From an uncultured Bacilli bacterium (GTDB taxonomy: Bacteria > Bacillota_I > Bacilli_A > RF39 > UBA660), in assembly GCA_947589515.1 (NCBI GenBank), contig CANQBE010000003.1, forward strand, positions 1 to 63,272: a stretch of 63,272 nucleotides of DNA, read 5' to 3'. Position numbers and translations under genes: made by a program. The notes under the pieces are model-generated. The model was not told the DNA's origin. It saw only the letters and a list, made by a program, of their open reading frames with translations, and searched no databases. Shown piece by piece: positions 9,532 to 18,686 of this stretch. Numbering within the stretch: position 1 is the first letter of the stretch; every line of letters starts with the position of its first letter.

Positions 9532-10995
9532 ATGAACAATAATCAGAAATGGATGAAAAAATATGAATTATTAAAAGAATATCAAAAAGAACATGGAAAC
9601 ATTGATGTCCCAACTAATTATGAAAAAGATGGTATTAAGTTAGGACAATGGTTAGCAACGCAAAGACAAGCCCATAAAGGACAAGGAAAGTGTACCATTA
9701 CTCCAGATCAAACGAAGTTACTAGAAGAACTAGGAATCAATTGGCAAGTATATAATAACAGATGGAATTACTATTATGAACAATTAAAAGAATATAAAAA
9801 ACAGCATGGTAATATTGATGTTCCGAAATCCTATGAACAAAATGGAATGGAATTAGGAAAATGGTTAATGAGACAACGAAGAGCTTATCATGGACATAAA
9901 AGATATAAAATAACAGAAAACCAAATTCAATTATTAGAAGAATTAGGAATGAATTGGCAGGTACATGATAAAAAATGGAATGACTATTATGAACTATTAA
10001 AAGAATATAAAGAAGAGTATGGAAATATTGATGTCCCACAAGCTTATGAAAAAGATGGTATGAAGTTAGGAACTTGGCTATCTACCCAAAGACAGACTTA
10101 CCAAGGTAAAACGCAGTGTAAAATGACAGATACTCACATTCAATTATTAGAAGAATTAGGAATGAATTGGCAACTATATGATAAAAGATGGAATGAATAT
10201 TATGAGTTATTAAAAGCATATAAAGAAGAATATGGTAATATTAATATACCTGTTCTTTATGAAACAAAAGGAAAAAAATTAGGATCTTGGTTACATAATC
10301 AAAGAAAATCTTATTATGGAAAAGGAACTTATAGAATTACCCAAGAAAGAATTAAATTGTTAGAAGAATTAGACACCAATTGGAACATGTATGAAAAAAC
10401 TTGGAATGAATGTTATGAATTATTAAAAGAATATCAAGAAGAACATGGTAATATTGATATGCCAACTGATTATGTGAAAGATGGAGTAAAATTAGGAAGT
10501 TGGCTAGCAAGACAAAGATATGTTTACAAAGGTAACGCAAAAGAAAAATTAACGGAAAATCAAGTAAAACTATTAGAACAATTAGGAATGAACTGGAATC
10601 TTCATGATAAAAAATGGAATGAATATTATGAATTATTAAAAGAATATCAAGAAGAACATGGCAATATTGATGTCCCACAATTTTATGAAAAAGATGGTAA
10701 AAAATTATATAATTGGCTACATCATCAAAGACAAGCATATAAAGGACAAGGAAATTGTAGAATCACTCAAAATCAAATCAAATTATTAAATGAGTTAGAG
10801 ATAGATTGGAGTAGTTCTGATACGAGAGTTTTAAATCAAGACATAGTAGAAGAAAACAAAGAAAAATACTATCAAATTTTAGTAAATCGTATCAACCATA
10901 TTATGGATGACTTGATAATGGAAGACATTGATGAAATAAATGAAGGAAATCAAAAAGAAATCGAAAAAGTAATGATTAAAAGAATTTGGAAATAG
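9532..10995 (+). CDS. HA repeat protein 4: 6 repeats + cap
   Basis: Six HA units; the most divergent cap (ends KRIWK). Confidence 0.85.
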   Translation: MNNNQKWMKKYELLKEYQKEHGNIDVPTNYEKDGIKLGQWLATQRQAHKGQGKCTITPDQTKLLEELGINWQVYNNRWNYYYEQLKEYKKQHGNIDVPKSYEQNGMELGKWLMRQRRAYHGHKRYKITENQIQLLEELGMNWQVHDKKWNDYYELLKEYKEEYGNIDVPQAYEKDGMKLGTWLSTQRQTYQGKTQCKMTDTHIQLLEELGMNWQLYDKRWNEYYELLKAYKEEYGNINIPVLYETKGKKLGSWLHNQRKSYYGKGTYRITQERIKLLEELDTNWNMYEKTWNECYELLKEYQEEHGNIDMPTDYVKDGVKLGSWLARQRYVYKGNAKEKLTENQVKLLEQLGMNWNLHDKKWNEYYELLKEYQEEHGNIDVPQFYEKDGKKLYNWLHHQRQAYKGQGNCRITQNQIKLLNELEIDWSSSDTRVLNQDIVEENKEKYYQILVNRINHIMDDLIMEDIDEINEGNQKEIEKVMIKRIWK

Positions 10996-10999
10996 AGGT

Positions 11000-11833
11000 A
11001 TGATAAAAATGAATCATGATCAAAAATGGATGGAGAAATATGAATTATTAAAAGCATACCAAGAAGAGCATGGAAATATTGATGTACCAACTAATTATGA
11101 AAAAGATGGTATTAAGTTAGGACAATGGTTAGTGTATCAACGCGTAGCCTATAATGGAAAAGGAACCTATAAAATAACAGAAGACAGAATTAAATTATTA
11201 GAAAAATTAGGAATGAAATGGAATCTTCATGATAAAAAATGGAATGACTATTATCAATTACTAACAGAATATCAAAAAGAACATGGAAATATCGATGTAC
11301 CAATGTCTTATGAAAAAAATGGAATGAAATTAGGAAAATGGTTAGTTACTCAACGCACTGCTTATAAAGGAATTGGAACTTATAAAAGAACAGGAAAAAG
11401 AATTCAATTATTAGAAAAATTAGGAATGAACTGGCAAATCTATGATAAACAATGGAATGACTATTATGAACGATTAAAAGAATATCAAGAAGAACATGGC
11501 AATATTGATGTTCCAAGATCATATGAAAAGGATGGCATAAATCTAGGAATATGGTTATCTCATCAAAGACAGGCATATAAAGGACAAAAACCATGTGTAA
11601 TCACAAAAAATCAAATAAGATTACTAAATGAATTGAATATAGATTGGAGTATTCAAGATACAAAATTTTTACAGAAAACCATAAATGAACAAACTAAAGA
11701 AAAATACCAACAAGTTTTATTAGAACGTGTAAACCATATCATAGATGACTTGGTATATGAAAGTATTAACGACATAGATACTACAAATCAAAAAGAAATA
11801 GAAAAAATAATGATTAAAAGAATCTGGAGATAG
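11000..11833 (+). CDS. HA repeat protein 5: 3 repeats + cap
   Basis: Three HA units; the true start may be ATG 11009, which has better RBS spacing. Confidence 0.85.
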   Translation: MIKMNHDQKWMEKYELLKAYQEEHGNIDVPTNYEKDGIKLGQWLVYQRVAYNGKGTYKITEDRIKLLEKLGMKWNLHDKKWNDYYQLLTEYQKEHGNIDVPMSYEKNGMKLGKWLVTQRTAYKGIGTYKRTGKRIQLLEKLGMNWQIYDKQWNDYYERLKEYQEEHGNIDVPRSYEKDGINLGIWLSHQRQAYKGQKPCVITKNQIRLLNELNIDWSIQDTKFLQKTINEQTKEKYQQVLLERVNHIIDDLVYESINDIDTTNQKEIEKIMIKRIWR

Positions 11834-11845
11834 AGGTAATATAGA

Positions 11846-13759
11846 ATGAGTCATAATCAAAAATGGATGGAGAAATATGAATTATTAAAAGAATATCAAA
11901 AAGAGTATGGAAATATTGATGTCCCACAATCTTATGAAAAAGATGGTATTAAGTTAGGTCAATGGTTAGCAATGCAAAGACAAGCCTATAAAGGACAAGG
12001 AAAGTGTACTATCACTCAAAATCAAATTCAGTTACTAGAAGAATTAGGGATAAATTGGAATCTTCAGGATAAAAGATGGAATGAATATTATCAATTACTA
12101 ACAGAATATCAAAAAGAACATGGTAATATTGATGTCCCACAATCTTATGAACAAAATGGTATCAAGTTAGGAATTTGGTTACATAATCAAAAACAGGCAT
12201 ATAAAGGAACAGGAAAAGGTAGCATCACACAAGATCAAATTAAGTTATTAGAAGAATTAGGAATGCATTGGAATCTTCATGATAGCAGATGGAATGACTA
12301 TTATAAACAATTACAAGAATATAAAAAAGAATATGGAAATATTGATGTCCCACAATCTTATGAACAAAATGGTATTAAGTTAGGTCAATGGTTATCTACC
12401 CAAAGACAAGCATATAAAGGAAAAGGAAATAGTAGAATCACACAAGATCAAATTAAATTATTAGAAGAATTAGGAATGAATTGGCAGGTAAATGATAAAC
12501 AATGGAATGACTATTATGAATTATTAAAAGAATATAAGAAAGAATATGGTAATATTAATGTTCCATATTCTTATGAAAAAGATGGAAAAAAATTAGGAAT
12601 CTGGTTATCTAGTCAAAAACAAATTTATAATGGAAAAACAAAAGGCAATTTAAATGAAACTAGAATCCAATTATTAGAAGAATTAGGAATGAGTTGGGAC
12701 AAAACACATAGAATATGGAATGACTATTATGAAGAATTAAAAGAATATAAAAAACAGCATGGTAATATTGATGTACCAATTTCTTATGAAAAAGATGAAA
12801 TAAAATTAGGAATTTGGTTATATAATCAAAGACAAGCTTATAAAGGAAATAGACGTAGTAGAATCACTCAAAATCAAATTAAATTATTAGAAGAATTAGG
12901 GATAAATTGGCAGGTAAATGATAAACAATGGAATGACTATTATGAACTATTAAAAGAATATAAAGAAGAGCATGGTAATATTGATGTCCCACAATCTTAT
13001 GAACAAAATGGTATTAAGTTAGGTCAATGGTTATCTACCCAAAGGCGGGCATATAAAGGAAAAGGGACTAATAAAATCACACAAGATCAAATTAAGTTAC
13101 TAGAAGAATTAGGAATGCATTGGAATCTTCGTGATAGCAGATGGAATGACTATTATGAACTATTAAAAGAATATCAAAAAGAATATGGAAATATTGATGT
13201 TGCAGTTACTTATGAAAAAAATGGTATGAAGTTAGGAAAATGGTTATCTACACAAAGACAAGCATATAAAGGAAAAGGAACTAGTAGAATCACACGAGAT
13301 CAAATTAAGTTATTAGAAAAATTAGGAATGAGTTGGGGCAAAACACATAGAATGAGTTGGGACAAAACACATAGAATATGGAATGACTATTATAAAATAT
13401 TAAAAGAATACCAAGAAGAACATGGAAATATCGACGTACCAACATATTATCAAGTAAATCAAATAAAATTAGGTGTCTGGTTACATCATCAAAGACAGGC
13501 ATATAAAGGACAAAAACCATGTGTAATCACAAAAAATCAAATAAGATTACTAAATGAATTGAATATAGATTGGAATCTTCGTGATACGAAATTTTTACAG
13601 AAAACCATAAATGACCAAACACAAGAAAAATACCAACAAGTTTTATTAGAACGTGTAAATCATATCATAGAAGATTTAGTATATGAAGGTATCAATGATA
13701 TTAATGCAACAAATCAAAAAGAAATTGAAAAAATAATGATTAAAAGAATCTGGAGATAA
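11846..13759 (+). CDS. HA repeat protein 6: 8 repeats + cap
   Basis: Eight HA units; contains a 24-bp micro-duplication at 13326-13373. Confidence 0.85.
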   Translation: MSHNQKWMEKYELLKEYQKEYGNIDVPQSYEKDGIKLGQWLAMQRQAYKGQGKCTITQNQIQLLEELGINWNLQDKRWNEYYQLLTEYQKEHGNIDVPQSYEQNGIKLGIWLHNQKQAYKGTGKGSITQDQIKLLEELGMHWNLHDSRWNDYYKQLQEYKKEYGNIDVPQSYEQNGIKLGQWLSTQRQAYKGKGNSRITQDQIKLLEELGMNWQVNDKQWNDYYELLKEYKKEYGNINVPYSYEKDGKKLGIWLSSQKQIYNGKTKGNLNETRIQLLEELGMSWDKTHRIWNDYYEELKEYKKQHGNIDVPISYEKDEIKLGIWLYNQRQAYKGNRRSRITQNQIKLLEELGINWQVNDKQWNDYYELLKEYKEEHGNIDVPQSYEQNGIKLGQWLSTQRRAYKGKGTNKITQDQIKLLEELGMHWNLRDSRWNDYYELLKEYQKEYGNIDVAVTYEKNGMKLGKWLSTQRQAYKGKGTSRITRDQIKLLEKLGMSWGKTHRMSWDKTHRIWNDYYKILKEYQEEHGNIDVPTYYQVNQIKLGVWLHHQRQAYKGQKPCVITKNQIRLLNELNIDWNLRDTKFLQKTINDQTQEKYQQVLLERVNHIIEDLVYEGINDINATNQKEIEKIMIKRIWR

Positions 13760-13800
13760 AATAATGGAAATCACTATTTATAAGTAGTCCGTTATTTTAT
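13756..13800 (+). terminator. Possible terminator closing the HA array
   Basis: ATAAAATAATGGA...TCCGTTATTTTAT inverted repeat followed by a T-rich run. Confidence 0.5.
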
Positions 13801-13856
13801 ATCTTTTTTTTCTTTTTAATTTCGTGTATAATTAGTGATATAGAAAGAGGGATTTT

Positions 13857-15038
13857 ATGAAAATAATTTCAATTAATGCAGGAAGTAGTTCCTTAAAGTT
13901 TAGTCTATTTGATATGGACAAAAAAGAATTGATCGCATCTGGTTATTTTGAAAGAGTAACCTTAGATGGAAGTTTTTATACGATTAAGTATAATGGAGAA
14001 AAAATACGAGAAGAAGTAGCTATGCCTAATCATACAGTAGCTGTAGAAGTATTACTAGATCGTCTAGTATCAATTGGCATTGTCAATAGCTTAGATGAAA
14101 TTGGTGGTGTTGGACATCGTCTAGTTCATGGAGGAGATAAATATAATCATTCTGTTATGATTACTGATGAAGTCATGGCTGATCTAGAAAAATATTCAGA
14201 ACTTGCACCACTTCATAATCCAGCAAACATCTTAGGAATAGAGGCAATGAAAAAAGCCCTTCCTAATGTACCAATGGTTGGAGTATTTGATACTGCTTTC
14301 CATCAAACTATGGACCGTGTTCAATATTTATATCCAGTTCCATATGAATGGTATACGAAATATGGTGTTCGTAAGTATGGATTCCATGGAACAAGTCACT
14401 GTTATATCAGTAAACAAATACCACGATTACTTGGAAAAGATGAATATAAGGCTATCATCTGTCATTTAGGAAGTGGAGCTAGTTTATCAGCAGTTAAAAA
14501 TGGTAAATGTATTGATACCACAATGGGATTTACACCACTTGCTGGTGTTATGATGGGAACTCGTAGTGGAGATATTGATCCATCTATTATTCCATTTATC
14601 ATGCAAAAAGAAAATAAATCTATCGACGAAGTTATGGATGATTTAAATAAAAAATCAGGATTCTTAGGAATGAGCGAGTATTCTAGTGATTGCCGTGATA
14701 TTGAAAGTGGAATGGCAGAAGGAAATGATTTATGTAAATTAGCCTTCGAAAAATATATGCAATGTGTTGTTAATTATATTGCTGCTTACTATGTTGAACT
14801 TGGTGGATGCGATATTATCTGCTTCACTGCTGGACTTGGAGAAAATGGACCAGCTGTTAGAAGCCGTATTGTTGAAAAACTTGCTTGTCTAGGAATTAAA
14901 CTAGATATTGAAAAGAATAATACTCGTGGAGAAGAAGTAGAGATTAGTAGTAGTGATTCTAGTGTGAAAGTATTCGTAGTACCAACTAACGAGGAATTAA
15001 TGATTGCGGAGGATACATTAGCTCTTATTCAAAAATAG
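13857..15038 (+). CDS. ackA: Acetate kinase
   Basis: INAGSSSLKF, GHRLVHGG, APLHNPAN, FDTAFH, KYGFHGTSH, PTNEEL. Confidence 0.98.
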   Translation: MKIISINAGSSSLKFSLFDMDKKELIASGYFERVTLDGSFYTIKYNGEKIREEVAMPNHTVAVEVLLDRLVSIGIVNSLDEIGGVGHRLVHGGDKYNHSVMITDEVMADLEKYSELAPLHNPANILGIEAMKKALPNVPMVGVFDTAFHQTMDRVQYLYPVPYEWYTKYGVRKYGFHGTSHCYISKQIPRLLGKDEYKAIICHLGSGASLSAVKNGKCIDTTMGFTPLAGVMMGTRSGDIDPSIIPFIMQKENKSIDEVMDDLNKKSGFLGMSEYSSDCRDIESGMAEGNDLCKLAFEKYMQCVVNYIAAYYVELGGCDIICFTAGLGENGPAVRSRIVEKLACLGIKLDIEKNNTRGEEVEISSSDSSVKVFVVPTNEELMIAEDTLALIQK

Positions 15039-15052
15039 ATAGGAAGATAACT

Positions 15053-16003
15053 ATGTATAAAAAAATATTTAAAGCCATAAAAAAATATGATACGATTGTG
15101 ATTGCGAGACATATTGGAGTCGATCCAGACGCTATGGCCAGTGAGGTAGGATTAAGAGATACTATTTTAAATACCTTTCCTCAAAAAAAAGTGTATGCAG
15201 TAGGAGCAGGGGGTAATAAATTTGCTTACTTGGGAAAATTAGATCATTATGAAGAAAATATCCAAGATGCTTTACTAATTGTGTTAGATACTCCGGATAA
15301 GAAAAGAGTAGATTGTGCTAACATCGATCAATTTGCATATAAAATTAAAATCGATCATCATCCCTATGTAGAAACTTTCTGTGATATGGAATACATCAAT
15401 GATAAAAGTTCTTCTACTTGTGAACTAATTATGGAAATGATTTATTCTACTCACCTACAAGCAACCAAAGAAATCATGGAAAAATTGTTTCTAGGTTTAG
15501 TATCTGATACCAATCGTTTTATGTTTTCGAATTCGACCTCTAATACCTTTGGAATGGTTTCTAAAGTTCTAAAAGATTATCAATTAGATATTCCAAAATT
15601 ATACTCTAATTTATATATGAGACCTCTTCAAGAGGTAAAACTACAAGGTTATATGAGTCAAAATATGAAAATAACAGAAAATGGTGTAGGATATATTAAA
15701 ATTACCGATGATGTTTTAAATAGTTTTCAAGTAGATGTTGCTAGTGGTGGTAATCTAATCAATAACTTCAATTATATTGAAGAAGTATTAGTTTGGCTAG
15801 CGATTACCGAAGATAAAAAAAATAATATCATTAAAATTAATATTCGTAGTCGTGGTCCTATTATCAATACGATTGCTGAAAAATATAATGGTGGTGGCCA
15901 TCAATTAGCCAGTGGTGCTAAAGTGACAACGATGGAAGAAGCAGATTGTTTGATTGAAGATTTAGATTATGCTTGTCAGAAGTATTTGGAATCTTTAGAA
16001 TAG
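15053..16003 (+). CDS. nrnA: DHH-family oligoribonuclease/pAp phosphatase
   Basis: RH..VDPDA, IDHH and GGGH motifs with DHHA1 domain. Confidence 0.9.
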   Translation: MYKKIFKAIKKYDTIVIARHIGVDPDAMASEVGLRDTILNTFPQKKVYAVGAGGNKFAYLGKLDHYEENIQDALLIVLDTPDKKRVDCANIDQFAYKIKIDHHPYVETFCDMEYINDKSSSTCELIMEMIYSTHLQATKEIMEKLFLGLVSDTNRFMFSNSTSNTFGMVSKVLKDYQLDIPKLYSNLYMRPLQEVKLQGYMSQNMKITENGVGYIKITDDVLNSFQVDVASGGNLINNFNYIEEVLVWLAITEDKKNNIIKINIRSRGPIINTIAEKYNGGGHQLASGAKVTTMEEADCLIEDLDYACQKYLESLE

Positions 16004-16012
16004 AGGTGTGCT

Positions 16013-16606
16013 ATGAAAATTGTAGATGCAAAATTGGATGTAATAGCAACTAGAAGAAGTCAGTATCCAGAATCCGATTGTAAAGAATTTATGCTAGTAG
16101 GAAGAAGTAACGTAGGAAAAAGTAGTTTTATTAACACTCTACTAGGTAAAAAAAATATTGCTTATATTTCAGGAAAACCAGGAAAAACACAAACTTTAAA
16201 TTTCTATTTAGTAAATAATTCTTTTTATTTAGTAGATGTTCCTGGCTATGGATATGCTGCTGTAAATAAAAAAATCCAAGAAAAATTTGGTAAGATGATT
16301 GAGGAATATTTAGAAAAAAGAGATGAATTAAAAAGAGTCTTCATGTTAGTAGATTTTCGCCATAAACCAACAGAAGATGATAAGTTAATGTACAATTTCT
16401 TAAAATATTATAATATTCCAGTTACAGTGGTTGCTACCAAAGTTGATAAAGTAGGATCTAGTAAGATGGATAAAAATAAAAAAATAATTCTAGATACACT
16501 AGATTTAGTAGTAGGAGATAACTTAGTATTATTTTCTAGTGTTACGAAACTAGGAAAAGAAGAAATTTTAAAACAAATTGAAGATTTATTAATTGAGACA
16601 CTATAA
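16013..16606 (+). CDS. engB: Ribosome biogenesis GTPase YsxC/EngB
   Basis: GRSNVGKSS, PGKTQ, DVPGYG, TKVDK. Confidence 0.97.
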   Translation: MKIVDAKLDVIATRRSQYPESDCKEFMLVGRSNVGKSSFINTLLGKKNIAYISGKPGKTQTLNFYLVNNSFYLVDVPGYGYAAVNKKIQEKFGKMIEEYLEKRDELKRVFMLVDFRHKPTEDDKLMYNFLKYYNIPVTVVATKVDKVGSSKMDKNKKIILDTLDLVVGDNLVLFSSVTKLGKEEILKQIEDLLIETL

Positions 16607-16657
16607 AAAATGGTGCCTCTTTTTCTTAATTACATATTTTATTATAGGTGAAGTATC

Positions 16658-17092
16658 TTGAAAGTAGATTTTATAGAGGATGAACATTTTATTATTTATG
16701 ATTTTGATGAACAAAAACCACAAACAGAAGAAGAATTACAGGTTTTTTTTAAAATGCTGAATAAACATTTACTAAAACAGTATCATTATGAATTTCATGG
16801 TTTCTATAATGTAACGATTTATTGTAGTAATCATATTTTCATTATGGATTTTGAAAATATAGATGATTTTGGTAGAGCCGATTTTAATATTACGATGTTA
16901 TTAAATAGTACTCTATTATTTGAATTTGAAGATAGTGATATAGTTCCTGGCAAAAAGATTTATTACGACAATAAATACTATGTTGAATTAGAAAATATGC
17001 AAGATGACATTCATTTATTTGAATATGGAAATATTATTTATGGTGACCAAGTAAAAAAGATTTTAAATCAGGGAATGTTAGTCTCTATTTAA
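16658..17092 (+). CDS. Hypothetical protein, possibly a compact MecA-like adaptor
   Basis: FFKML..F.G, LFEFED, YY...YY and LFEYG segments line up loosely with MecA N- and C-domain patterns. Confidence 0.4.
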   Translation: MKVDFIEDEHFIIYDFDEQKPQTEEELQVFFKMLNKHLLKQYHYEFHGFYNVTIYCSNHIFIMDFENIDDFGRADFNITMLLNSTLLFEFEDSDIVPGKKIYYDNKYYVELENMQDDIHLFEYGNIIYGDQVKKILNQGMLVSI

Positions 17093-17102
17093 AATCTTTT
17101 TA

Positions 17103-17831
17103 TTATGTATTGAATACTTTATGAATAATTTCAGGATAATTTGATATAATTCCTAGTTTTTGGAAAGTTTCCTGTAAGTAAGGAGTAGATTTTTCTCCTA
17201 GATAATGTTCATAGACAAAATCGATATAATAGTCAGAAGAAAGATATAAAATTACTTCTTTTTCATTTTTTAATAATTCATCAATAATCGTATCATCAAA
17301 AGTATTCATTAAAATAACGTAGTAATCAACATCAATAAAATTTAAATCATTACCATAGACTACAAAGCCAATTTTAGCTACCGTTACTTTTTGTTTTAAC
17401 ATATTTACTAAATTTCTATTAATACAGTGCAAATAGATACTTAAATCTGGATATTTTTCGATAATCATGTTTACTTGATCGACATATTGATTCATACGAG
17501 TAGTAACTTGTTGAATATTTTCATCTGTTAAAATAATTGATTTTAAAGGATATAAATTAATATAAATATCTTTTTTAACTGATTGTTCATTCAATCGACT
17601 TAACAAATCTTCTAATAGAATAATTTCGTAATCTTGTAGTTGTGCTAAAGTACTAGTTTCGATAGTATTAATGGTTCCTTCTCCTAAACTAGAGGCATTA
17701 AAAACAACTAATCGATTATCTTCTGTATACGCAATATTAAAAACCATACCATGAATATAATCTTTGGTTAAAATATTATAAAAGAAATCTTCTGTATTGG
17801 TAGCACTACTTTTTTGAGCAATGTTTTTCAT
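17103..17831 (-). CDS. Glycerophosphodiester phosphodiesterase-like protein, probably inactive
   Basis: GMVFNIAYTEDNRLVVFN matches the GDPD E.Dv..TkDg.lVv.HD segment, but lacks the HRG, Glu/Asp and His catalytic residues. Confidence 0.55.
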   Translation of the reverse strand: MKNIAQKSSATNTEDFFYNILTKDYIHGMVFNIAYTEDNRLVVFNASSLGEGTINTIETSTLAQLQDYEIILLEDLLSRLNEQSVKKDIYINLYPLKSIILTDENIQQVTTRMNQYVDQVNMIIEKYPDLSIYLHCINRNLVNMLKQKVTVAKIGFVVYGNDLNFIDVDYYVILMNTFDDTIIDELLKNEKEVILYLSSDYYIDFVYEHYLGEKSTPYLQETFQKLGIISNYPEIIHKVFNT

Positions 17832-17850
17832 AGAGTATCACCATTATAGT

Positions 17851-18378
17851 TTATGAATCAGTTTTTTGATTATTCCTTTTTACAATATGACCAGGAACAC
17901 CTACTACGGTTACATTTTCTGAAACATCTTTTAAAATGATGGCATTTGCACCTATTTTTGCATTTTTTCCTATCGTAATATTTCCCAATATTTTAGCACC
18001 TGTTCCAATGAAAACATGATCTTCTATGGTAGGATGTCTTTTTCCTCTTTGATAACCAGTTCCACCTAAAGTAACACCGTGAAACATTACGACATCGTTT
18101 CCAATAACTGCTGTTTCGCCAATGACGACACCCATTCCATGATCGATAAATAAACCTTTCCCAATGCAAGCACCGGGATGAATTTCAATACCAGTTTTTC
18201 TTTTAGCTCTTTCTGATAGCAATCTTGCTAGTAAGAAATGTTTTCTTAGGTAGAAAAAGTGAGATATTTTATGATATAGTTGTGCTCTAAAACTAGGATA
18301 TAAAAATACTTCTAAAGTAGAGTGGATGGCAGGATCATTTCTTTTTATGGTTTGTATCTGATCTTTTAGGAAATTCAT
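17851..18378 (-). CDS. cysE: Serine O-acetyltransferase
   Basis: NDPA...[26 protein letters not shown]...KRHPTI hexapeptide repeats; start reset to ATG 18378 with an AGGTG RBS. Confidence 0.93.
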   Translation of the reverse strand: MNFLKDQIQTIKRNDPAIHSTLEVFLYPSFRAQLYHKISHFFYLRKHFLLARLLSERAKRKTGIEIHPGACIGKGLFIDHGMGVVIGETAVIGNDVVMFHGVTLGGTGYQRGKRHPTIEDHVFIGTGAKILGNITIGKNAKIGANAIILKDVSENVTVVGVPGHIVKRNNQKTDS

Positions 18379-18649
18379 AGTATCACCTACTATAATATAT
18401 TGAAATCTAAGTGAACGGACTGTTTGCTTGTCTAATGTGATATTCCTTTCGAAAATCATCTTGACTAAAATATTTGAAAATTTTATAATGAAAATGTAAG
18501 AAAATAAGAGATTAAAGTATGATACTTAAAATGCTATAAATATTATTTATGTTCTTATTCAATAAGAAATTTAATAAATAATATTTTTTCTTTTTTATCA
18601 TACAAAAATTTAATATGATAGATAGAATCAATTCTTATTTATAATTTCT

Positions 18650-18676
18650 AGTTTTCAATTATCATACTTAAAAACT
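18650..18676 (+). promoter_or_regulatory. 9-9-9 palindrome abutting the RBS of surface-protein copy 1
   Basis: AGTTTTCAA-TTATCATAC-TTAAAAACT then GGAGG; equivalents at 20473-20499, 22293-22319 and 24113-24139. Confidence 0.6.
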
Positions 18677-18686
18677 GGAGGAAGTT

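Noticed and set aside
7160-13520. Antisense ORFs 7160-7357, 8429-8620, 9737-10039, 10352-10738, 11346-11594 and 13305-13520 resembling each other
   Set aside because: They are shadows of the repeated sense-strand HA modules; hydrophobic FLI-rich composition is expected antisense to A-rich codons, and they lack RBSs.
6337-13759. Regularly spaced DNA repeats suggesting a CRISPR array
   Set aside because: The period is ~213 bp, the repeats are in-frame protein modules inside long ORFs, there are no unique spacers between short identical repeats, and no cas genes are present.
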